This document shows, one piece after another, positions 8,818 to 14,332 of a stretch of 28,192 nucleotides of DNA. The notes beneath the pieces are model-generated. The model made no database searches. It was not told the origin of the DNA and saw nothing but the letters and a program-made list of their open reading frames with translations. The position numbers and the translations under genes were made by a program. The first letter of the stretch is position 1, and each line of letters begins with the position of its first letter. Source of the stretch: a virus (lineage: Duplodnaviria > Caudoviricetes); the IMG/VR virus record IMGVR_UViG_3300027644_000672, positions 1 to 28,192 of that record; one strand, 5' to 3'.

Positions 8818-8893
8818 TGGGGAGTCGTACGGGAATCGAACCCGTATTAACGGAATCACAATCCGTGGTGTTGACCGTTACACTAACAACTCC
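8818..8893 (-). tRNA. tRNA-His(GTG)
   Basis: Loop TTGTGAT, encoded G-1:C73 pair, CCA. Confidence 0.95.
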
Positions 8894-8894
8894 A

Positions 8895-9788
8895 TTATTT
8901 GTTGAGTGGAGAACTCCAAGACACAATTGAATTCAAAATTGGAACCAGGTGTTCTTCTTCCACTGCTGTGCTTGATTTTATACAAACACAGTTAAACTTG
9001 TCAATATTATCTAGTTTTAAAAATTCTTCAATGGTATAGTGGTCAGCATGCTGTTTCCAGTAACCAGTGGTGTCATCATAAATGCTTAATCGATTTTGAA
9101 ATTGAAATTCAGCATCGGGGTTTTTTTGTAACCCTAGATTGCCCAAAAGTTCATATTCGCTAAACCAAATTGGAGGAGAATTGTCGGGACTAGCATTGAC
9201 ATCAGCGGAAAACACCTGTGCCATGGCCAGTAACCAATTACATCCGTATGTTTGTTCTATGTGATTTTTCAGTGCCACCCAGTCTTTCTTTAGCACAGGC
9301 ATAAATTCTGTGACAAAACAATGACTGGTTTGACGTTCCTGCCCTGTAAACTTTTTTACGTATTGATAATATTCTAAACTGTGTGTGGTATTTTCTATCA
9401 CGTAATACCTTGGGGTTGACCCATCAAAATATCGATAAGGCGTCAACGAAAACGTATCACAATCTTGAATCAACACACGGTCGCTGTTGACTTGATCCAG
9501 TGCCAGTAATTTAAAAAATTGCTGGGCTATCCATCCTGAGAATTGGTAATAGTCAAACTCTGGAAGCAACTGTCGTTCCATCAATTGCTGGTCAAAAACA
9601 ACAGTCATGTTTGAAGTATCAATGCCATGATCTCGGTAAATCTGTAACAGATCAATTGGTTCTCGATTATGGTCTGGGCCAAAACAAATGTATGTTTGGT
9701 CAGGTTGTGGGTCAAGAAAGTGATCAAACTTTAAGGTAAGTATTGAATCTGCAATTCTTGAACCTGCAACAAAAAATAATCTTATCAT
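8895..9788 (-). CDS. DUF6492-like putative glycosyltransferase
   Basis: GWIAQQFFKL, DCD (DxD) and FSEYELLGN motifs. Confidence 0.6.
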   Translation of the reverse strand: MIRLFFVAGSRIADSILTLKFDHFLDPQPDQTYICFGPDHNREPIDLLQIYRDHGIDTSNMTVVFDQQLMERQLLPEFDYYQFSGWIAQQFFKLLALDQVNSDRVLIQDCDTFSLTPYRYFDGSTPRYYVIENTTHSLEYYQYVKKFTGQERQTSHCFVTEFMPVLKKDWVALKNHIEQTYGCNWLLAMAQVFSADVNASPDNSPPIWFSEYELLGNLGLQKNPDAEFQFQNRLSIYDDTTGYWKQHADHYTIEEFLKLDNIDKFNCVCIKSSTAVEEEHLVPILNSIVSWSSPLNK

Positions 9789-9828
9789 CCTCTATTTATT
9801 TGACGATATCATCGTCAATTGAGTATTG

Positions 9829-9903
9829 TGGCCTCGCCTGCAGGAATCGAACCCACATTCAAGAGGTAGAAGCTCTTTGTATTATCCATTATACTAAGGC
9901 GAG
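9829..9903 (-). tRNA. tRNA-Arg(TCT)
   Basis: Loop CTTCTAC, CCA. Confidence 0.95.
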
Positions 9904-9906
9904 AAT

Positions 9907-9980
9907 TGGCAGAGGGTACTGGGATCGAACCAGTGATGACAGAGTCAAAGTCTGTAGTGTTACCGCTACACTAACCCCCA
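9907..9980 (-). tRNA. tRNA-Gln(TTG)
   Basis: Loop CTTTGAC, CCA. Confidence 0.95.
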
Positions 9981-9994
9981 ACAAAATGTTACCG

Positions 9995-10070
9995 TGGTGG
10001 TAATAGTTGGACTCGAACCAACGATAGGCTGCGTATGAAGCAACTGCATTAGCCACTATGCTATATTACC
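9995..10070 (-). tRNA. tRNA-Met(CAT) elongator (or Ile2)
   Basis: Loop TTCATAC, paired 1:72, CCA. Confidence 0.9.
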
Positions 10071-10178
10071 ATATAGAAACATACTCCGCAGGAATTGAAC
10101 CTGCCCACCCAACATGTCGTCGAGCTGTAATCCGCTACATCTGCCTGGCCTAAGCATTTGAATATGTTTTTATATGGT
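10068..10178 (-). ncRNA. Stem-enclosed tRNA-like RNA (stem family member C)
   Basis: 19-bp inverted repeat enclosing 73 nt that end in a T-arm GCAGG-UUCAAUU-CCUGC. Confidence 0.5.
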
Positions 10179-10248
10179 AGGGGTGCTCGGGAACGATCCG
10201 AGTTTTACTGGTTAAAAGCCAGTTACTTCACCTTAAAGTTTCACCCCC
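10175..10248 (-). tRNA. tRNA-Lys(TTT), non-canonical T-loop
   Basis: Loop CTTTTAA; T-arm CTCGG-ATCGTTC-CCGAG; CCA. Confidence 0.9.
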
Positions 10249-10374
10249 TAATGGGTTTTGTTTTTGTGCTCGTCGTAGAGCCTTGTTGCTCTTGCGATGC
10301 GCACCTGCTTTGCGGAACAGTGCAAGACGAACGAAGCAGTTACGTTCGCGCACGATCGGTTTACGTTTCTTCAT
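10228..10374 (-). CDS. Small highly basic protein (48 aa) with its stop codon inside tRNA-Lys
   Basis: MKKRKPIVRERNCFVRLALFRKAGAHRKSNKALRRAQKQNPLGGETLR*; SD AAAGGA. Confidence 0.65.
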   Translation of the reverse strand: MKKRKPIVRERNCFVRLALFRKAGAHRKSNKALRRAQKQNPLGGETLR

Positions 10375-10395
10375 AAAGTTTCCTTTGTTTTAAAT

Positions 10396-10470
10396 TGGTA
10401 GGCCCTGAGAGAATCAAACTCCCACTTCCGGGTTCGTAGCCCAGTGTAATATTCATTTTACTAAAGGCCT
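10396..10470 (-). tRNA. tRNA-Arg(ACG)
   Basis: Loop CTACGAA; D-loop GA and T-loop TTTGATT; CCA. Confidence 0.9.
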
Positions 10471-10474
10471 AAAT

Positions 10475-10548
10475 TGGTGGAGGATAAGAGAATCGAACTC
10501 TTAATTGAAGCTTGCAAAGCTACCGTTATCCCATTTAACTAATCCCCC
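10475..10548 (-). tRNA. tRNA-Ala(TGC)
   Basis: Loop TTTGCAA, G3:U70, CCA. Confidence 0.95.
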
Positions 10549-10551
10549 ATA

Positions 10552-10740
10552 TGCTCTGCATCCCCCGGCGGTAATTGTAGTACATCAGACCTTTGGAGTC
10601 ATCACACATACCTTCCACCCGCTTCCCGACAGGAACCGTTATCGCATTGCCAGCGGCCTTTCGGTTCAAAGACTACCACCCGTGGCTATCACACCACTTC
10701 TCATCGTGCGGGTCGCACTATCTGTTGATTAAACAGAACG
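10552..10740 (-). ncRNA. Putative pseudoknotted ~190-nt non-coding RNA
   Basis: Closing stem GUUCUG/CAGAGC; crossing helices ACCCGC/GCGGGU and GGUGGUAGU/AUUACCGCC; GAAA tetraloop. Confidence 0.55.
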
Positions 10741-10743
10741 TTC

Positions 10744-10829
10744 TGGTGGAGGTGATAGGGATCGAACCTATTGAGACCTGAGTCCGGCGGAGTTACAGTC
10801 CGCTGCCATACCATTACGGCGGCACCTCC
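10744..10829 (-). tRNA. tRNA-Tyr(GTA)
   Basis: Loop CTGTAAC, long variable arm, CCA. Confidence 0.95.
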
Positions 10830-10835
10830 TAAACT

Positions 10836-10919
10836 TGGTATGAGCGGAGGGACTTGAACCCTCAATCCCGAAGGCGGCAGATTTTAAGTCTGCTGTGTAT
10901 ACCATTCCACCACGCTCAC
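10836..10919 (-). tRNA. tRNA-Leu(TAA)
   Basis: Loop CTTAAAA, long variable arm, CCA. Confidence 0.95.
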
Positions 10920-10927
10920 ATAATTCT

Positions 10928-11001
10928 TGGTGCCCCATGACAGAATCGAACTGCCGTAACCTGATTACAAAACAGGTGTAATGCCATTATACTAATAGGG
11001 C
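10928..11001 (-). tRNA. tRNA-Thr(TGT), second copy with divergent sequence
   Basis: Loop TTTGTAA, U31:U39 mismatch, CCA. Confidence 0.9.
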
Positions 11002-11062
11002 GTGTTGAGTTCGAACTTACCTAGACAGCGTGACTTTCTCTTGCTGACACTCTAACAAAACT

Positions 11063-11137
11063 TGGTACTCGATAGCGGAATCGAACCGCTCTTACCGGGA
11101 TGAAAACCCGGTGTCCTAACCGATAGACGAATCGAGC
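11063..11137 (-). tRNA. tRNA-Glu(TTC)
   Basis: Loop TTTTCAT, CCA. Confidence 0.95.
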
Positions 11138-11140
11138 ATG

Positions 11141-11184
11141 AAAAGAAAAACCCTGTAGCAGTCCAGTTAAGCAACCGAACAGGG
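11141..11184 (-). terminator. Terminator-like hairpin with U-tract
   Basis: CCCUGU...ACAGGG followed by UUUUUCUUUU; loop is unusually large. Confidence 0.4.
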
Positions 11185-11198
11185 CCGTGTTAAAGGAG

Positions 11199-11260
11199 GA
11201 GAGCCACGGTTGCAGGACCTAGTGCCTCAAAGAGGGAAGTGTCCAGGCGATGTGGCTCTC
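11199..11260 (-). ncRNA. Small GC-rich stem RNA
   Basis: 9-bp GAGAGCCAC/GUGGCUCUC closing an internal CCUGG/CUAGG and CCUC/GAGG stack. Confidence 0.4.
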
Positions 11261-11268
11261 AAAAAAAT

Positions 11269-11344
11269 TGGCGGTCTTAGGGGGTAACGATCCCCACTCT
11301 TATGGCGTGACAAGCCATCGTGCGTCCATGAACACTTTAAGACC
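11269..11344 (-). tRNA. tRNA-Asp(GTC), non-canonical T-loop
   Basis: Loop TTGTCAC; T-loop ATCGTTA; G73; CCA. Confidence 0.9.
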
Positions 11345-11346
11345 AA

Positions 11347-11559
11347 CTATATTAAAAAATACTAAAGGAACCATTGTGCATCTGTCTCTACCCTATGCAA
11401 CGTCTACATAGGGCCTGCACGGTCATTACTTCCTAGAAGGCCCACCGCAAATCCGGATTGCTCCTGCTTCATGCTCCTGGACTTGACCAGCGCCCGTCGG
11501 TACTGTCATCATCCCAGTCGCCTAGTGGTCTAGGTAACCTTTAATATGTTTTAAAATAG
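11347..11559 (-). ncRNA. Stem-enclosed ~170-nt structured RNA (stem family member B)
   Basis: 22-bp imperfect inverted repeat; internal helices CCCUAUGUAG/UUGCAUAGGG, GUGCA/UGCAC, CUGG/CCAG. Confidence 0.55.
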
Positions 11560-11588
11560 CAACCCTTGCGGGTTACCAAAAACAACAA

Positions 11589-11623
11589 CTTTTTAAAGAA
11601 CGTCTAGTTAATTTCCTAACTAG
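11589..11623 (-). promoter_or_regulatory. boxB-like hairpin plus boxA antitermination-like site
   Basis: CUAGUUA-GGAAAU-UAACUAG then CGUUCUUUAAAAAG (rrn boxA consensus UGCUCUUUAACA). Confidence 0.6.
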
Positions 11624-11628
11624 TCTCT

Positions 11629-11657
11629 AGTATAGCACAATGGCTATATCTAGTCAA
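11629..11657 (-). promoter_or_regulatory. sigma70-type promoter P2
   Basis: TTGACT-17 nt-TATACT. Confidence 0.75.
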
Positions 11658-11726
11658 TTTGTTTTGCAAACACCCTACAACATGTAGGGTTATTTGCAGA
11701 TCCAGTTAATTTCTTAACTTGCTTCT

Positions 11727-11755
11727 ATTGTAGCAAATTGCCGTTAATTGGTCAA
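11727..11755 (-). promoter_or_regulatory. sigma70-type promoter P1
   Basis: TTGACC-17 nt-TACAAT; part of a ~98-bp duplicated unit. Confidence 0.7.
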
Positions 11756-11796
11756 CTTAGTACTTTAGTTAACACTACTTGCAGTAGGGTTATTGT

Positions 11797-11870
11797 TGGC
11801 GTACCTCCAGGGACTCGAACCCCGACGAACAGTTTTGGAGACTGTCATGCTGCCATTACATTAGAGATAC
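11797..11870 (-). tRNA. tRNA-Trp(CCA)
   Basis: Loop CTCCAAA, G73, CCA. Confidence 0.95.
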
Positions 11871-11876
11871 ACTGAC

Positions 11877-11951
11877 TGGTAGCCATGGACAGTTTCGAAA
11901 TGTCGACCTAACGCTTATCAAGCGTTTGCTCTTCCTCTGAGCTACACGGCT
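11877..11951 (-). tRNA. tRNA-Ile(GAT)
   Basis: Loop TTGATAA, CCA. Confidence 0.93.
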
Positions 11952-11958
11952 AAATTTT

Positions 11959-12033
11959 TGGCGGGTCCTGCAGGAATCGAACCCACACCACTTGGTTCGA
12001 AGCCAAGCATGATATCCATTTCACCAAGGACCC
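11959..12033 (-). tRNA. tRNA-Arg(TCG)
   Basis: Loop CTTCGAA, CCA. Confidence 0.93.
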
Positions 12034-12037
12034 AGAT

Positions 12038-12113
12038 TGGTACCAACGACTGGACTCGAACCAGTCACACCCAGATTTTCAGTCTGGTGCTCTACCTGAT
12101 GAGCTACGTTGGC
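12038..12113 (-). tRNA. tRNA-Phe(GAA)
   Basis: Loop CTGAAAA, CCA. Confidence 0.95.
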
Positions 12114-12118
12114 AATGT

Positions 12119-12208
12119 TGGCGGTGTGACTGAGACTCGAACTCAGAACCCGGATTACGCCGAGCGACAGATTAGCAATCTGCTCTAATACCATTATAGG
12201 ACCACACC
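12119..12208 (-). tRNA. tRNA-Ser(GCT)
   Basis: Loop TTGCTAA, long variable arm, G73, CCA. Confidence 0.93.
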
Positions 12209-12214
12209 GTTGTT

Positions 12215-12306
12215 TGGCGGAAGACGGAGGAGTCGAACCCCATCCCTGTTAAGAGAACCTGGTTTTCAAGGCCAGTCGCAGGACCAACCCCGCTGCATCA
12301 TCTTCC
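12215..12306 (-). tRNA. tRNA-Ser(TGA), 8/4 cloverleaf
   Basis: Acceptor GGAAGATG/CGTCTTCC (8 bp), T-stem GGGG/CCTC (4 bp), loop CTTGAAA. Confidence 0.85.
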
Positions 12307-12312
12307 TGAATT

Positions 12313-12404
12313 TGGTAGCCCCGGCGGGATTCGAACCCACATGAACCAATTATCTGTTGCTTACGGGATATAAATCCGCCGTTTTACCATTAAACTACAG
12401 GGCC
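12313..12404 (-). tRNA. tRNA-Ile(TAT) with ~22-nt variable region
   Basis: Loop TTTATAT, normal D and T arms, A73, CCA. Confidence 0.8.
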
Positions 12405-12408
12405 AATG

Positions 12409-13179
12409 TTATAAATTTTTAAACGCTTTCTTTATAATTGCATTGCGATCCAGTTTGGAACTGGCACCCAACACAATCACTGCATACTGTTGCCGGTTGT
12501 GTTCCACCAACATGGCCACACACCACCCAGCTGGCGTGGTAAATCCAGTCTTGCTCACAGCCACACGGTCAAACTCTGCCATCAGTTGTTGAGATGTGTG
12601 AATGAGATTCAAAGTGTTGCCACGAGTTCGGTCTGACTTTTTTAACTGTACAGTGGGTTGACCGCTGACTTCTTGTATAAACCAATAACCGGCAGCAATC
12701 TGCACCATCTCCGCCAGGTCCTGCGCAGTGGTCACATTGAACACGCCCAGTCCCGACGGATCTACAAATTTAGTATTTCGAAGATCCCACATTTTAGCAT
12801 GCCGATTCATCTCAGCTACAAATGCAGATCGGCCCCCGGGATAGTCCTGTGCGATGGCTTCGGCTGCTCCGTTGTCACTGCTGACCAACATGGCCTTTAA
12901 CAACTGCTCTCTGGTGTACTGACCAGGCGGCAATCGACTACCGCTGTTTTTCCCCAACATCATTGGCTGTAGTAGATCTCTGTTGTGATCCAGTGCGACC
13001 ATGGCAGTCATCAGCTTGGTTATACTGGCCATGGATCTCACCTGATCGGCATAACGGTTCAGTTCCGTGTGCTGTGCGTTGATGTTGTAGACCAACACTG
13101 TGGGCTCACTGGTTCGAGCTGTAGCATTGGTCAATGCTGCACAAAAAAACACAATGGCAAATAATTTCATATTTTTCAT
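12409..13179 (-). CDS. Peptidase S11 (D-Ala-D-Ala carboxy/endopeptidase, PBP7-like)
   Basis: SxxK (ASITKLMT), SDN and KTG motifs, signal peptide; start trimmed to 13179 (or 13170) because the ORF-track start lies inside tRNA-Cys. Confidence 0.9.
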   Translation of the reverse strand: MKNMKLFAIVFFCAALTNATARTSEPTVLVYNINAQHTELNRYADQVRSMASITKLMTAMVALDHNRDLLQPMMLGKNSGSRLPPGQYTREQLLKAMLVSSDNGAAEAIAQDYPGGRSAFVAEMNRHAKMWDLRNTKFVDPSGLGVFNVTTAQDLAEMVQIAAGYWFIQEVSGQPTVQLKKSDRTRGNTLNLIHTSQQLMAEFDRVAVSKTGFTTPAGWCVAMLVEHNRQQYAVIVLGASSKLDRNAIIKKAFKNL

Positions 13180-13190
13180 TTTATAAAATT

Positions 13191-13267
13191 TGGAGTGGGT
13201 GACAGGACTTGAACCTGCATGATACGGATTTGCAATCCGGGGCCTAACCATTCAGCTACACACCCAC
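13191..13267 (-). tRNA. tRNA-Cys(GCA)
   Basis: Loop TTGCAAA, U73, CCA; slightly long acceptor-D linker. Confidence 0.88.
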
Positions 13268-13292
13268 ACGTAACACACTGTCGCCAATGTGT

Positions 13293-13348
13293 GTATTAAA
13301 GCACTCTAAAATACTTAGGCTGCCTGTTCTTAAAGAATGCTTTAATAC
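13293..13348 (-). repeat. 15-bp inverted repeat (stem family member A)
   Basis: GUAUUAAAGCAUUCU / AGAGUGCUUUAAUAC. Confidence 0.7.
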
Positions 13349-13412
13349 GAACCGATTTTTCCTCCCATACAAGGGATTTCATCCTGGCCGCCGCCCGTTT
13401 GTGCTTGTTTAT

Positions 13413-13442
13413 AGTGTAGCACAGGACCTCGTTTCCTGTCAA
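13413..13442 (-). promoter_or_regulatory. sigma70-type promoter
   Basis: TTGACA-18 nt-TACACT with TGn extension. Confidence 0.6.
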
Positions 13443-13456
13443 CACTTTAAGAAGAT

Positions 13457-13618
13457 CTATGTCAAAAGCTGATTCTTGACTCGTTTGCGATTTTCGGATT
13501 CTATCCGAGCACGTTCCAATTTATCTCGTATCAACTGATTTCGCTGATCCGCAGTCAGAGTATGCTCTGTGGTAAATCTTACTTCGCGCATTCTTCGTTT
13601 TAAATCTGATTTTTTCAT
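13457..13618 (-). CDS. Small basic hypothetical protein (53 aa)
   Basis: MKKSDLKRRMREVRFTTEHTLTADQRNQLIRDKLERARIESENRKRVKNQLLT; SD AAGGAG. Confidence 0.7.
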   Translation of the reverse strand: MKKSDLKRRMREVRFTTEHTLTADQRNQLIRDKLERARIESENRKRVKNQLLT

Positions 13619-13630
13619 TTTCTCCTTGCT

Positions 13631-13667
13631 AAAAACAAAAAACCCTAGGGTTTTAATCCTAGGGTCC
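13631..13667 (-). terminator. Intrinsic terminator (attenuator)
   Basis: GGACCCUAGG-AUUAAAAC-CCUAGGGUUUUUUGUUUUU. Confidence 0.85.
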
Positions 13668-13692
13668 TTGGAGTTTAACTGTAAACTGTTGC

Positions 13693-13839
13693 TTACAATT
13701 TGGTCTCCCGGACCCTGGTAACCTCTGGTGTGCGATCATATGACATGCTATTAATTGCAAACCAAATAGAGGGCGTGAAGCCCGCCTGCTTGGCAGAACA
13801 ATTTGATATAGAATGTAACAAGTTCGTTTGCATTTTCAT
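13693..13839 (-). CDS. Putative attenuator leader peptide (48 aa, contains all 20 amino acids)
   Basis: MKMQTNLLHSISNCSAKQAGFTPSIWFAINSMSYDRTPEVTRVRETKL*; codons 42-45 are complementary to the terminator 5' arm; SD weak. Confidence 0.6.
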   Translation of the reverse strand: MKMQTNLLHSISNCSAKQAGFTPSIWFAINSMSYDRTPEVTRVRETKL

Positions 13840-13882
13840 TTCTTTAAAATTTACATGAGCCGTTTTATCAGCGCATGTGTGT

Positions 13883-13911
13883 ATTGTATAGGTTTATTTA
13901 TACAAGGTCAA
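13883..13911 (-). promoter_or_regulatory. sigma70-type promoter with nested TATAAATA late-type motif
   Basis: TTGACC-17 nt-TACAAT; TATAAATA at 13895-13902. Confidence 0.75.
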
Positions 13912-13969
13912 CCCTCAGGTTGTCCAAATTGCTGTTTTTTTGCCAATATTTTTTAGTGCAGGCCGATCT

Positions 13970-14332
13970 TCAATAGTTGACCAGGAACTTTTCCAAATTG
14001 CCGTACAGCTGAGCTACCACTGCTTCGCGACTGCCAAACATGCAAATCTCCACCGGAATACGTTTTTCAACTTTGATATAGTAAGGACTTTGCAGTTTAC
14101 GGTCCAACGACAAAATAGTACGACGGGTGCTCGGTCCAGGTTGAATTTCTAAATCATAGTGTGTTAATTCCAACACACGACTGAACACATAGAATCCATG
14201 ATCAGTAAGTCGTAGCCCACCAGTTTTTCGAATATTGGCCCACCAGGTCCGAACAGCGACTTCTGCTGACTCAGCAAATTCTTCTGGCAGATTGGCCACC
14301 AGTGCTTGGGTCAGCAGTAGTTTGTCACGCAC
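13970..14332 (-). CDS. Hypothetical phage protein
   Basis: 120-aa ORF overlapping the upstream gene. Confidence 0.7.
   Translation of the reverse strand: MRDKLLLTQALVANLPEEFAESAEVAVRTWWANIRKTGGLRLTDHGFYVFSRVLELTHYDLEIQPGPSTRRTILSLDRKLQSPYYIKVEKRIPVEICMFGSREAVVAQLYGNLEKFLVNY

Noticed and set aside
8542-8859. 105-aa minus-strand ORF (also 7476..7673 and the N-terminal extension of 12409..13251)
   Set aside because: These frames run through clear tRNA genes; the real small gene is 8451..8609.
10068-10178. YrlA-type Y RNA
   Set aside because: The T-arm is at the 3' end of the insert rather than in the permuted order, and no Ro60/Rsr gene is in the window.
12215-12306. tRNA-Sec (selC)
   Set aside because: The anticodon is TGA rather than TCA, the T-stem is 4 bp, and no sel genes are in the window.
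6975-13450. tmRNA, RNase P RNA, CRISPR array or hammerhead ribozyme among the spacers
   Set aside because: No tmRNA ends or tag ORF, no RNase P GAGGAAAGUCC core, no regularly spaced direct repeats, and no complete CUGAUGA/GAAA core.
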